Below are positions 18,401 through 27,695 of a stretch of DNA of 64,000 nt, in pieces. Location of the stretch: assembly GCA_964621445.1 (NCBI GenBank), contig CAZUNO010000007.1, forward strand, positions 63,045 to 127,044. Reading direction: 5' to 3'. Positions within the stretch are counted from its first letter, which is position 1, and each line of letters opens with the position of its first letter. The notes beneath the pieces were generated by a model. It was not told where the DNA came from. It did not search any database and saw only the letters and a list, made by a program, of their open reading frames with translations. The DNA is from Candidatus Hadarchaeota archaeon (GTDB taxonomy: Archaea > CAYQAE01 > CAYVLA01). Position numbers and translations under genes: made by a program.

Positions 18401-21400
18401 TGAGCCGGATGCCGAAGCCATTATTTCTAAAGTAATTGGTGTAAACCTGGTTACCGACGCTGGAATCAAGAACCAGGGCGTTCTCCTGAGGTTGTTCATC
18501 CGGGCAGGAGAATAGGTTGTATGTAATGTGGTTTTCATCACTATTTTTGATCCGCATCCCCGTAGACGGGTTGGAGACTACCGTGTTGTTAAGAAGTCCG
18601 TTTGAGTGCGAGCCCTGGCCAAGACTAATTCCAACTCCACCGTTGAAGGTTGCAGTGTTGTTGAAAAGCTCGTTCATTTGGGAGTTTTGAAGCTCGATTC
18701 CCCGTGCTCCGTGTTCATAGGTCCAGGTATTTCCAACTAGCATAATCCGGGTGAAGTCGTTTTTGGTCACCAGGTTTGATTTCAAGCTATTTTGGGATGA
18801 TGAGTGGAGATAGATGCCTGCGCTGCTGGCTTGTCCAGAGTTGAATGATGCATTGTTGGTGGCGAGCACGTTTTGGGAGGACGAATAGAGGCATATTCCG
18901 TATTGGTTGCTCAGATATGCATTATTCCCGGTGATCCGGTTGTTGTTCGACGAGACTAGCTTGAGCCCGTTAACGTTACCTGCAAGATCGTTTTCGCCTA
19001 TGGTGTTGTCGTGGGAACTCTGGAGCTCGATACCCGATTGATCACAGTTCAGGACCCGGTTACCTGAAATGGAGTTGGCGTTTGAAGCGTTCAGGTACAC
19101 AGCTGCCTGGCACCAGGGGCTATTATCCGCGTCTATTTTACAGTGGCTGACCTGGTTGCCGTTCGCGGATTCAAGATGGATATAGTACCTGCCGACCAGC
19201 GAGTGGCTATAGCAATGTTCGATATTTGCATTCTCTACATGGTCGAGCAGTATCGATGAGTACTGGGGACTTCCCGAAATGTTACAGCCACGGATGGTCA
19301 CGTGGGCATCAGTGTTCTCCAGCCATATGGCGTGGGTTTCGGTATTGGGCCACCTAGTGTCTATCCTGTGTCCCTCGATGCCATAGGGATCATAGGGCTT
19401 GCCAGTTCCGTACAGGACTCCGTTTGCAAAGCTGAAATCATCGTTCCCCTGGATATGGATGGGATCCGTTCGCGGGGATAGTAGTGGTTTGCTATCATCC
19501 CAGGCGTCGCCTGGTATATTGTAGAATTGTGGGGCGTCTCCCCGCCAGTCACCATTAAGATCAATTCCGGTGTAGTCATTCCAGTAGTTCCCGCCCTTCT
19601 TTGGGCCACCAATGATATTGGTCCCGTGATAGGGTGCAGTGTCCGGAACGGCCCAGTGGTTGGAGTTACCATTCCCCTGCACGTTTTTGACATTGCTCAG
19701 GATATTGTCGTAAATCAGGTTGTCGTCCGAGTTAATGACTCTGAGGCCCAGTCGGTTATCGACTATGTGGTTTCCGTGTATTTCGGATTTGCTCTCCATC
19801 AACCTGATGCCTTCCCGGTTATCTCTGATCCTGTTACCGGTTATCAGGCAGTCGGTAACGCCCTCCAGATATATTGCAGCAGTCCCCTCGGCGGTCGCCC
19901 CCCTGATCAGCAGGCCGGATATTTCCACTCCTGGAGCCATTACGTGGAAAACCGGGAATTGCTGGTGTCGTGCTTCGACCAACACCTCGCCCAGGGAGCA
20001 GTCAGGCGATGCCTGGATGCTGATGGATTTCTCAATTATCAGGTCTTCCCGGTATTTCCCCGGATCCACCAGTATTAGGTGTCCGTTAAGGGTCATTGGG
20101 TTCTCGACGGCGTGATGTATGGATGTGTACCGAAGGCTTGTGTTTGCGTTAAGCACCGGGCATCTCATCAGCGGGTGCATATCGGCGTTCTTCCCTATCT
20201 CATGGGGGTCATCGCCCAGGGTATCCCCATCTATATCCTCACCCTGGTAATCGCTCCAATAATTACCGCCGATGAAGGACCCTCCCATTATGTTTATACC
20301 GGGTTCCTTGGGCCTGAACCAGGTGTTTTCCCCTGCCTCCTGGGCATTAACCAGGTTGTCCAAGTAGTTATTGAAAATGAGGTTATCCTTCGATTCCACC
20401 AGCTTGATGCCCAGTTCATTATCGGTTAGGTTATTTCCCTGGAGAAAATTCGATTGCGCGGCATGTAGCTCAAACCCGACCTTGGAGCCCGTGATGAAAT
20501 TATTCGAAATCAGGTTGCCCTGGCCAAACTCCAAAAGGAGGCCGTTCCCACAATCGATTAACTCATTCTGGTCGATGGATAGTGCTGTGGAACGCAGGGC
20601 CTGGATCCCTTTATTACAATCCAAAATGGAGTTGCCGGATATCAAATGCGGTAGATCGGAGTCGGTGACCGAGACCCCTAACCCGTTGTCCTGGAGGGTG
20701 GAGTTGAGGATTTCCACGGGGGCTTTCATGGCCTCGGGGATTATTTCGATCCCGGTTGCATAGCCCGAGATGTTGCAGTCCAGTATTTTGGTTCCCAGTG
20801 GCCCTGTAACCACCCCTGTACCGCCCTTTTTCGAGGCGGGATGAATTACTAATCCCTGGAGGAAGATATCGGGGGCGTTAAGTCTGAGACCAGGTTGCCC
20901 GGTGGAGGGCGGGATAATTTGGGGCCTGGAAGATGACGGCCTAATACTAAGGCTCTTGTGAACCTCTAAGTTCTCCTCGTAGGTCACGGGGGATAGTGCC
21001 AGCGTGTGGCCATCCCTGGTACTTGGGTCATCTATCGCCTCCTGTATTGAGAGGTATCTATCGTCCGTATCCAGGTTGTGAACGGGATACCTTACCAGGG
21101 GTAGGTGATCACCCGGCCAGTAAGGTACTCCAGTGTCACCCAGACCGTCGAAGTCGAGGTCCAGGCCCTGGTAGTCGGCCCAGAAGTTGCCTCCAAGATA
21201 TTCCCCTCCCACTATATTTGACCCCTGTGTCTTGGTCGTGTTCCAGTGGTTGGCCCCGGGGGAGTCGAATCCGAAGGAGCATTCCACATCGTTATCAAAG
21301 TAGTTATCGTAGATCAGGTTCCCGGAAGAATAGGGCAGGTGGATGGCTTCGGAGTTTTGGGAGATGTTGTTACTTGATATGGTCCACCCGGAGGCGTATA

Positions 21401-24400
21401 GAATGTCGAGGCCAACCGTGTTTTGGGTCATGGTGTTTTCATGGATATGGTTGGCAGGTGAGTTGCCCCATCCGATGTAATGGCTCAGGGCTTTGGAGCT
21501 CCCCGTTATATCGTTTCTCAAAATAAGGTTCTGGGGAGAGTTAACGAAGGTTATTCCATGATAGTTTTGGGAGATCCAGTTATTGGTAATCGTGCAGTTC
21601 TGGGAGCCCCACAGTAGTATTCCGGACGCTGGAGGCATATAGATTCCCTTTTTCGATGCCCCGGTGATATTGAAACCATCCAGGGTGATATTGGAATCCG
21701 TAAAGTGGACCACGTCATCCGTGTGGGTGGTTCCCTCTATGGTGGTCTCCTCAGGCCCTGCATGGGAGATGATGGCCAGCTGTTTATCTACCAATAGGTT
21801 TTCCTGGTAGCTTCCGGGATCAACGAGGATGGTGTGGCCGTCCGCGGTATCCGGGTCATCTATGGCCGACTGTATGGTGGGAAATCCCTCGCCAGTTTCC
21901 AGATTGTGTATCTTGTGCACGGTTACCGCAAGTTTGTCCGATCTGGGCCCCTCCCCCAGCAGATTAACCGCGCTCACTTCGTAGTAATAGGTGTGGCCAT
22001 TGGTCAAGAGGGAATCTGTGTATTGTGTTAGGGAGATTTTGGCCACGGGTACCGGGTCCAGCTGGTTGGAATCCATTCCGCGGTATATCCTATACTCGGT
22101 TACGGGAAGACCGCCGTTATAGGGCGTATCCCAATCCAGCAATACCTTTTCGTATCCCTCGGTCCCGACGAGACCGGTCACTTTGTCTGGCACCGTGGGG
22201 GGTGGAGGGGGCGATTCCACGGTGAAAGCGCGAGATCCAGCCGAAACGGAGTTACCGGCAGCGTCCTCGGCGAACACCTCGAAGCTGTAGTAGTTTCCAG
22301 CCGAAACCGGCACCGTCCAGGTCTTGGTGGTACCCGAGTATTTGGGTGTCTGGTTTACTCCATTCCAACCGAGAATCCAATCCTGAATCTCCTTGTCGGA
22401 TGACGCCATAATGGTCACCGAGTCGGCTGATGAAGAGAGATGTGAGCCGTCCGGTGGGGTTGGAGACATGTAGGTTAGGTTGGGCGGGGTCATATTCTGT
22501 ATAGTGAATGATGAGGTCCCTGAGATCGCCGTATTTCCGATGGTGTCGTTTGCTTTCACGGTGAACGTGTACAGGCCTATATCGCCGTAAGAGTTGTTGA
22601 AAAAGTATGAGGAACCCCCAGCAGGGTTCATGGCGAAGGTTCGGGATGTGGAGTTTGGCGATGTGACATTGACCAGTACGGTATCCACCCCCAGGATGTC
22701 GGTCACCTCGCAGATGAGGGCCACGTATCCTCCTGAACTCTGGGCGGATGGATCTGCGGTCAAGTTCCGGATGTTTGGGGTGGTGGTGTCCTGTATCTGG
22801 AAGGAATGCCCAAGGGAGGAGTTCTGGTTTCCGCTCAGGTCAGTGGCCACGATGGCGTAGCTATAGGAACCCGGGATGCTATATGTCCGGTTGAGATAAT
22901 ACAACGATGCTGGACCTGCATCCATGGAGGAATTCTGGATTCCGAATCCGCCCGGACCGGAGACGCTCACGTTTACCTGCCCCAGGGCCTGATCATCGGT
23001 TACCAGGCAGGTTATGTTCAGGTATTTCCCGGCCTCCTGTGGATCCACTGATTCCTGGACCGAGCTAATATGGGGAGCAGTGGTGTCCACCGCTGTGACT
23101 ATCCACGTCCAGTGCTGGCTTGTTGTGCCATTTTCATTGGATGCCCGGGCGGTGAGGTTCCAGTTACCTGTATCGGCGGATGTATTCTGGTACGAGGATA
23201 AGCTGGTGTTCGCGGTCTGGTGGACCTGGGTACCGTTTAGCAACCAGGTAACGGTTACCGGCTGGTCGAGGGTGAGGTTAAAGCTCTGTGGTTGGCCCTC
23301 ATCGGTCAAAACGGTCGAGGTTCCCGGTTGATAAGAGACTACTTCCGGGGGTTGGTAGACCAGGAAACTACCCATAGCGGTGGTATTCTGATTGCCGGCC
23401 GTGTCGTTTGCGTGAATACGCCAGCCTATGTAGTTGCCCAGATCCTCTGACGTGGGGGTTAGTGTGAAGTTGCTCCAGGACCCGTTACCGGCCAGGGCCG
23501 CCACCTCCCTCACATGCCATGTGGACCCTCCCTCCACGGTGTGATTTGTCTCAATCCAGGCGTGGGAAAGGTGGATATCCGACCAAAATGCACCCACATT
23601 CACCGTTTCCCCGGGCATGACCCTCTGCTTATCCTGTGTCTGTCTGGAATAATCCGGAGCTTCGATGTCGATGGTAACCAACCTGGTCCCTGTTACCTTG
23701 GAGTTGCCTGAGGTGTCGTTGGCGTAAACCCGGTACTCATGGGTTCCCTCTTCTAGGGCAGCTAGTTGCCTGTACCTCTGCGTCCCCGAACCGTCCATAC
23801 TTTGGTTCCCGCCATCCCACTCCAGGATAGCGGTGTCCAGCGGCTCATCGGATTGGATGGTGATATTGAGCGAGGTCAGGTTGGTTATGGTGCCATTTGA
23901 AGGCGTGGGATAGGTGAAAGTGATATCGGGCGGGGTTGTGTCAGGGCTGGAGGATAGAGGGGCGAAGATGCTGAACGAGGTTATGTTGACGCCCACGACG
24001 TTTTCCACCGTATCGAGGACCCGGGTGCCGTTCCACCCCGATTCCACCCATCCCTCGTCGTATCTCCATATTCTGAGCGTGGTCTCGTTTGCCTGGAGAG
24101 GGAGGTCCGAATCCTTATAGGTTATATTGAGAAATGCCCATCCCGGACTGTCCTTCCAGATATTAAGATAGCTGGAAATGTTCATGTAGCCATCGGGGTC
24201 CTGGGGTTTCAGGCTTTCCCCAACTCCGTCCACATTCAGCCAGCCCGACGGGCATTCGATAGTGGTATCCACTCCGGAAATCAGGTTATGGGCAAGCGTG
24301 CCCGAAAATGACCCCACCACCCGCAAATCCCGGGAGTAATATTCTTCGAGGTCCGTGGTAAGGTTATTTCCCTCCAGTGTCGAGTTTCCAGCGGAATAGA

Positions 24401-26867
24401 GATAAAGTGCATAACCGGGGTTGGAGGTGATTCCGGATGTGCTGATTTGGTTATCCGTGACCGTGGAGTAGGAGTAAAAAACTTGGATTCCGTCGGCCGA
24501 GTCTCCAACTACCTGCATTGAGTTCCCGGTGATTATCGTGCCGTCGGAGTGGTAGTTATATACCCCTATCGGCTGGAAGCCACTGACCGTAATGTCGTTG
24601 TTGATGGCAGCGGAACCCGGTGAGTAGCTGAGCAGTATCCCGTTTCTGGTGCTGCCCTCGGAGCTGCTAACCGTTATATCGTTTTCGACTACCCGGCAAC
24701 CGGCCGCGTGATCAACTACTGCGCCGTCGGTGCCACTCAGGGTAATCAGATTAAATCCCGTCAAATTTGTGTGATCAGCGGTGAGGTTGAAACAGTAATC
24801 GTATCCCGTGGAGTTGAGGGTCACGGACCCGTTTACCAGGAGGGATAGACGCTTGTCCACGAGCACGCTTTCGGAGTATTCCCCCTGTTGAACGTAGATG
24901 CTGCAGTCATCCACCGAGTTGGTGACCGCGGCCTGGATCGGGGAAAGCGGATTCTCGTGGAAAGCACCGCCCTCGAACCACCATCCGGAGGTATTGACGT
25001 ACATGGTGTCCGAGACGAGGTCCGAGGTGAGCGCGGTGGAGTTGACCCAGGTTTCGTTTACATTTCCTATACTATCCTCGGTTTGGGTCGAAAGGGTGTA
25101 AGGGGTGGATGGGTCCAGCTCCGTGAGGTTATAGAACTCATTTCCCGTCGATGTAATATAATCCCCGTCAAGGTATATCCTGGTGCCAGCGAAATCCTCA
25201 TCAGTGGGATTATCCCACGTCCAGTTCACCCAGGTTAGGCCTGAGATGTATTCAAGCCCGGTGATCGAGTTGGGTGGAGTCGCGTCGACCCAGAACCCCA
25301 CCTCCTGGGACACCAGGTTACCTTGGCTGTCGTTTGCATAGACGAAAAGGGAATGAGCTCCGTCCTCCACGAGTATTATGGTGTCCGGGGTAAAGGTGGT
25401 ATTGGAACCAGAATCCAGGTTGTACCACCAGGTGTCTATGGGTTCATCGGCGGATACGCTGAGTTCGATATCGTTGCTGTCGTATATCTCCTCCCAGAGC
25501 GGGGAGTAGATGGTTATGCTCGGGGAGGTGGTGTCAATGATGGTGAAGGAGTGGGATGCGCTGGTGTTTAGGTTGCCTGATGAGTCGGTTGCCAGGATGA
25601 GGAATGAATAATTACCTACCCTGGGATATACATCAGTATTCTGGTAGAGAGTTCCCTCGACTGGATTCAGGGTCCGGTTAACGGAAGTGCCGTTGGGATA
25701 GGTTACGTTGGCCCATACGTTTTCGACGCCCGAGTAGCCATCGGTAACGTTGCAGGATATATGCAGCTCTTGTCCTTTCTCCTGGGTTTCGGGATCGACC
25801 ACCACTCCCCAGATGTTTGGCGGGGTGTTGTCCTCGACCTCGGTCTGTATGGTATAGGAGTCCTTGCCCGCGAATAGCGGATAGTAGTCGTCATTTGCCG
25901 TTTCGTCGATGTAGTAGATGTTGTCGCATACCCCGTCGCCGTCACTGTCGGTCCCCTCGTGATCGCTCCAATAGTTGCCCAGGTACCCCGAGTAAGAGCT
26001 GCCATTGTAGACGTAGTTTAGCTGGACTATGGAGTTCCAATCATTTGGTGAGCTGGAGCCCCCCTCCGTATTGGCATTCATTGTGTTATCGAAGGTGTTG
26101 AGATAGATGAGGTTCCCCGAGGGATATATGCTGCCCGAAACATATAGTGAGATCCCTCTGACATTATCGCGGATCGTGTTGTTGTACACCGTATTGTTGC
26201 GACAGCTTCCGAATTCGATCCCTAGATAATCGCTATTGGTAATCGTGTTTCCTTGGAAGCGGTTGAGGTCGGAGTAGAAGGCCTCTATTCCATCCTCCCC
26301 GTTGTATTCTATGCGGCTGTTTAGGACGGTTACATGGTCTGTATCCCTTAGATAGAATCCGCAATTCGTGTTGTTGTATGTGTGAATCCCCTCCATCCGT
26401 CCCTCCGAGACCTCCCGGAGATATACACCTATGTAGTTACCGAAGGTATTGCAGTTCTCGACGGTCAGGTTATTCACGTTATACCCCTTGACGCCATAGG
26501 TGCCGTTGGTTAGGGAAAAGCCAATTATGGAGACGCCGTCATCCAGGACCTCGAAGCAATCTAGATTTTCTTCTCCCCCGCTAACGGATCTTATGGTCGT
26601 GAATTCGGGTCCATTCTCGGACTCTATTATCAACCCTTTATCTACCGTTATCCCCTCGTCATAGAAGCCGCTGGCGACCAGTACCAGGTCTCCACCGGTG
26701 GCGTTGTCAACCGCGTGCTGTATGGGAGTTTCGCTGGGGTGAAATGCACCACCTTCAATATACCAGCCCGTGGTGTTGACGTGAAGTGTGGACCCCCAGA
26801 CAGGGGCGGTGGTTAGAAGGATAACTGCAAGCCAAAAAAAGCAAAATAGCCTATAAGCCTTACTCAT
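12471..26867 (-). CDS. Giant (~4800 aa) cell-surface glycoprotein with multiple NosD/CASH right-handed beta-helix modules, Ig-like and FN3 domains and a C-terminal TM anchor
   Basis: One uninterrupted ORF; signal peptide from ATG 26867 (MSKAYRLFCFFWLAVILLTTAPVWG); many GI.L..S.NN.I..N.I..N repeats; repeated GGN(Y/F)W.DY.G.D.DGD..GD caps; DTTPP-type Ig repeats; FN3 (W..PYNGG..V..Y.IYR); C-terminal FLAMAVVIAVGVLLIIIKR; abundant N-x-S/T. Confidence 0.85.
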   Translation of the reverse strand: MSKAYRLFCFFWLAVILLTTAPVWGSTLHVNTTGWYIEGGAFHPSETPIQHAVDNATGGDLVLVASGFYDEGITVDKGLIIESENGPEFTTIRSVSGGEENLDCFEVLDDGVSIIGFSLTNGTYGVKGYNVNNLTVENCNTFGNYIGVYLREVSEGRMEGIHTYNNTNCGFYLRDTDHVTVLNSRIEYNGEDGIEAFYSDLNRFQGNTITNSDYLGIEFGSCRNNTVYNNTIRDNVRGISLYVSGSIYPSGNLIYLNTFDNTMNANTEGGSSSPNDWNSIVQLNYVYNGSSYSGYLGNYWSDHEGTDSDGDGVCDNIYYIDETANDDYYPLFAGKDSYTIQTEVEDNTPPNIWGVVVDPETQEKGQELHISCNVTDGYSGVENVWANVTYPNGTSVNRTLNPVEGTLYQNTDVYPRVGNYSFLILATDSSGNLNTSASHSFTIIDTTSPSITIYSPLWEEIYDSNDIELSVSADEPIDTWWYNLDSGSNTTFTPDTIILVEDGAHSLFVYANDSQGNLVSQEVGFWVDATPPNSITGLEYISGLTWVNWTWDNPTDEDFAGTRIYLDGDYITSTGNEFYNLTELDPSTPYTLSTQTEDSIGNVNETWVNSTALTSDLVSDTMYVNTSGWWFEGGAFHENPLSPIQAAVTNSVDDCSIYVQQGEYSESVLVDKRLSLLVNGSVTLNSTGYDYCFNLTADHTNLTGFNLITLSGTDGAVVDHAAGCRVVENDITVSSSEGSTRNGILLSYSPGSAAINNDITVSGFQPIGVYNYHSDGTIITGNSMQVVGDSADGIQVFYSYSTVTDNQISTSGITSNPGYALYLYSAGNSTLEGNNLTTDLEEYYSRDLRVVGSFSGTLAHNLISGVDTTIECPSGWLNVDGVGESLKPQDPDGYMNISSYLNIWKDSPGWAFLNITYKDSDLPLQANETTLRIWRYDEGWVESGWNGTRVLDTVENVVGVNITSFSIFAPLSSSPDTTPPDITFTYPTPSNGTITNLTSLNITIQSDEPLDTAILEWDGGNQSMDGSGTQRYRQLAALEEGTHEYRVYANDTSGNSKVTGTRLVTIDIEAPDYSRQTQDKQRVMPGETVNVGAFWSDIHLSHAWIETNHTVEGGSTWHVREVAALAGNGSWSNFTLTPTSEDLGNYIGWRIHANDTAGNQNTTAMGSFLVYQPPEVVSYQPGTSTVLTDEGQPQSFNLTLDQPVTVTWLLNGTQVHQTANTSLSSYQNTSADTGNWNLTARASNENGTTSQHWTWIVTAVDTTAPHISSVQESVDPQEAGKYLNITCLVTDDQALGQVNVSVSGPGGFGIQNSSMDAGPASLYYLNRTYSIPGSYSYAIVATDLSGNQNSSLGHSFQIQDTTTPNIRNLTADPSAQSSGGYVALICEVTDILGVDTVLVNVTSPNSTSRTFAMNPAGGSSYFFNNSYGDIGLYTFTVKANDTIGNTAISGTSSFTIQNMTPPNLTYMSPTPPDGSHLSSSADSVTIMASSDKEIQDWILGWNGVNQTPKYSGTTKTWTVPVSAGNYYSFEVFAEDAAGNSVSAGSRAFTVESPPPPPTVPDKVTGLVGTEGYEKVLLDWDTPYNGGLPVTEYRIYRGMDSNQLDPVPVAKISLTQYTDSLLTNGHTYYYEVSAVNLLGEGPRSDKLAVTVHKIHNLETGEGFPTIQSAIDDPDTADGHTILVDPGSYQENLLVDKQLAIISHAGPEETTIEGTTHTDDVVHFTDSNITLDGFNITGASKKGIYMPPASGILLWGSQNCTITNNWISQNYHGITFVNSPQNLILRNDITGSSKALSHYIGWGNSPANHIHENTMTQNTVGLDILYASGWTISSNNISQNSEAIHLPYSSGNLIYDNYFDNDVECSFGFDSPGANHWNTTKTQGSNIVGGEYLGGNFWADYQGLDLDFDGLGDTGVPYWPGDHLPLVRYPVHNLDTDDRYLSIQEAIDDPSTRDGHTLALSPVTYEENLEVHKSLSIRPSSSRPQIIPPSTGQPGLRLNAPDIFLQGLVIHPASKKGGTGVVTGPLGTKILDCNISGYATGIEIIPEAMKAPVEILNSTLQDNGLGVSVTDSDLPHLISGNSILDCNKGIQALRSTALSIDQNELIDCGNGLLLEFGQGNLISNNFITGSKVGFELHAAQSNFLQGNNLTDNELGIKLVESKDNLIFNNYLDNLVNAQEAGENTWFRPKEPGINIMGGSFIGGNYWSDYQGEDIDGDTLGDDPHEIGKNADMHPLMRCPVLNANTSLRYTSIHHAVENPMTLNGHLILVDPGKYREDLIIEKSISIQASPDCSLGEVLVEARHQQFPVFHVMAPGVEISGLLIRGATAEGTAAIYLEGVTDCLITGNRIRDNREGIRLMESKSEIHGNHIVDNRLGLRVINSDDNLIYDNILSNVKNVQGNGNSNHWAVPDTAPYHGTNIIGGPKKGGNYWNDYTGIDLNGDWRGDAPQFYNIPGDAWDDSKPLLSPRTDPIHIQGNDDFSFANGVLYGTGKPYDPYGIEGHRIDTRWPNTETHAIWLENTDAHVTIRGCNISGSPQYSSILLDHVENANIEHCYSHSLVGRYYIHLESANGNQVSHCKIDADNSPWCQAAVYLNASNANSISGNRVLNCDQSGIELQSSHDNTIGENDLAGNVNGLKLVSSNNNRITGNNAYLSNQYGICLYSSSQNVLATNNASFNSGQASSAGIYLHSSSQNSLKSNLVTKNDFTRIMLVGNTWTYEHGARGIELQNSQMNELFNNTATFNGGVGISLGQGSHSNGLLNNTVVSNPSTGMRIKNSDENHITYNLFSCPDEQPQENALVLDSSVGNQVYTNYFRNNGFGIRLTNSQSNLFYNNYLDNYWYDGYTYNVFGDISSNEWNITKTPGRNIIGGPWMAGNYWSDYTGADLDGDKLGDTPFHGDAHPLLDIQTIHIIGDDDFTPEKKVMAGSGTASDPYLIENLDIDASTSHGIWIENTTAHFTIRDCSISRGRDNLCYGVYLDNVENGKLENMNIDDNHVGLAIDDSKEIKVMEGNIAGNHMGIRCDFSSSIQLLNNTISENQENIQITNCSTMEIFENQVELSPGRGLLLADCGSCTVSNNTFQDNHMGLSQSSCPQTNITGNFLDDNYHGLHLIDSPQTLVESNNVYDNVEGMKIENSPECLVTQNNFSANELGGLFIGSSNTILRDNRISENQNGIKFTSCDHVSITGNYLASNRFLDFISYFWTWHTAGTGLWISQCQNATIFNNTMVDNGRAGLLLEDSQFQARGNQFRSNHGSVEILDSHGDFENNVISSSSAKGVFIDCPGLTGEEEIHIRRNTIYDGGSYGIKLMSFGDNHDISQNRLYENNISVMFESPTPGYLSHNAIYGNRGRDIAVYSDSSSEYVTLESIYSGRERLNTTGNLQMTDSSLAQNDTLDWGSPMLSAMIHKVESTQYGVNRNIGDLVTVHVKANSSRPLVHERLFMVDRRMNGNYEIYNSTMSTSHVDKAIAASVWALNDSVYDLLYEVENDIGQHALGYVQVNVKHVDLKIINVTSTFAERIYSWRRIRKPNGPEISYSQVYPESERGSILGIRVKNNGTKSGFGRIEVDLPSYLEQVTRDPVRIVHLDQGEEANYTFHIILTEFDLSTGWKPQDPSVFPDDKKLPIEVRVQNYPSYTLAESLNSSIEFRLGPIFKMVPGSHDVFILEKITSDPNRPYDGDGDNVLEAAESYHYNLDFINIGDEPADIERFLYSQKIFCNSLQYRPRDDQDYQQDYISHGKTLTPMSDLSAFGTDRFPNSYDEFPLYFEPQIWNESGYRIFGELYPQDSDQVPETSTPRGTYLTKSIDAILSEWWLDNSYNIPPVNYSGDVQASLLLTYNIPGDSRPYRYYARTINTDSFEVEALNKTFSPSQATLKEGDVKVKVRSVDIEEGSVQLRVENLNGDVFFEYRLDSYYDSSPEGYKWYHTIPPEYGFNAFCENALKPNVTIPQMTVEFGVKWSLWANELKLGMMALEAVVNIILAETTGGAVSVPFSDTVMAMTETLLQVMNAYESMEQGVPPVVTINGITIDGQDLADSGLDRQYFQDLGSGDVGPSTIDTFINAVWEIDGLKEAFGREVMKAMAGSMGMTGIYNKMMEPGPEAEQAFSDFSDDLLDYLEQEDKLTSTQAKQAGAVIEAAQTFIDMGKWTFNNIAASGYDETIINIIDPPGTFTTEFERRDTNLFGGLYGSSQGGSGSIDLNILDNDLVEISGDYRVPAEDLQIPLEGVKEMTTRLSGQRHGQVMEGNVSMVITPQPSHMLQAASALRKPGAGRQMVSGYFLGIDHLEVEPLGSTIEIWASGKLNANPDDVRTVAEISIKDGFLTSHVEKSGWYLDLVDGERKLDIEFAPRFGVALGNTELELRDEDEIKSLSSTPERLQGSVTKILNHPPIIIALQPSNHTLDTAENVALSARVQDQDEEPVDVKFFDSFDDSVIDSVAGVLPGDGATVKWSGLENGATYTFYVVVDDGKSTSRVGDVSFTTRENSAPSSPSMSAPQKITVKESITMSLSSADANDDKVRYGIDTDNDHEVDLWTDFSEPDKATTISHTWVDEGTYALRSMAEDDQGARSEWSQVMEITVEPAPNQAPRVHFSHPPEGTEIQGTIRLRGKSEDTDGSITEVQIRIDSRDWISVSGKEDWDYTLNTTMMENGEHHIQARSSDGSEYSNLTSLNLIVFNNHPPRVHVDSPKDGEIIEGDTTISGTCDDRDGRDTIQIIEIRIDGGDWVPAQGTANWSYDFSADQKEGEHQILVRAYDGHEYSELQSVTLKVDGESGFGSVFLAMAVVIAVGVLLIIIKRFGLRS

Positions 26868-27059
26868 GGTTTTACTTCCTGAATAATAGAGGTGGTAATT
26901 TTCGGATTTGGCCTGGCTAATAAAGGTAACCCGCGGAAATTGGGGCGGGGTTTTCAAGTGTTTAATGGGTAGGGTCAAGGAATAGAGTTAAGAAAAACCT
27001 GGACAGGGGAGCTGTGCACCGAATATGTTTCATTCGGAATGATGAGGACTGAGAGAAAA

Positions 27060-27671
27060 ATGCACGTACTTTTTATCAGGCATGGCGAAGCGGGAGCCGA
27101 GCAGGCGTGCCCGGAGGAGGGCACACTAACCGAACTCGGGGTCAAGCAGGCCCGGCTGGCCGGTAAAGCGCTGGTCGGACAGGGCATAGAACGCCTTTTT
27201 TCCAGCCCCTATCCCAGGGCGATGCAGACGGCTTTGAATATATCCAGAGAGACCGGCCTGAAGGTTGAAATAAGGCACATCATCCACGAGAAGTCCGGGC
27301 CGGGTGACAGAGCAAGCAAGAGCGACATCGCAGGAAAGTTCCCCGACTTCACCATACCCGAGGAAATGCCCGAGATGTGGTGGCCGGGTCGAAAGGAAGG
27401 CTGGGATGACGTCTACGAGCGGGTTAAGCCCTTTGTAGCCGAGTTGCAGTCACTTGAGAACAAGCACGAGAGGATAGCCGTAGTGGCCCATGGAGGTTCC
27501 ATCGATGCCCTGGTTTCTGTCTGGGTTGACTGCCCTCCCTCCCTGGAAAGATCCAGATTCTATCACCACAACTGCTGCTTCACCTTGGTCTCCTATGAGG
27601 AGGGAAGAGGTAGGGTCCACTACGTGAACCAGGTCGATCACCTCGGTGACAGGGAGCTTTTCTTTTACTGA
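27060..27671 (+). CDS. Histidine phosphatase (phosphoglycerate mutase-like) family protein
   Basis: FIRHGE, LT..G..QA, SSPY.RA.QTA and VVAHGG motifs. Confidence 0.9.
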   Translation: MHVLFIRHGEAGAEQACPEEGTLTELGVKQARLAGKALVGQGIERLFSSPYPRAMQTALNISRETGLKVEIRHIIHEKSGPGDRASKSDIAGKFPDFTIPEEMPEMWWPGRKEGWDDVYERVKPFVAELQSLENKHERIAVVAHGGSIDALVSVWVDCPPSLERSRFYHHNCCFTLVSYEEGRGRVHYVNQVDHLGDRELFFY

Positions 27672-27695
27672 AGATTGCGAAGTGGGATCCGTCTT

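Noticed and set aside
13014-26101. Many 60-210 aa ORFs inside the giant gene (e.g. 15801-16427, 19527-20078)
   Set aside because: Antisense or alternate-frame shadows with no recognisable motifs; expected inside long coding regions
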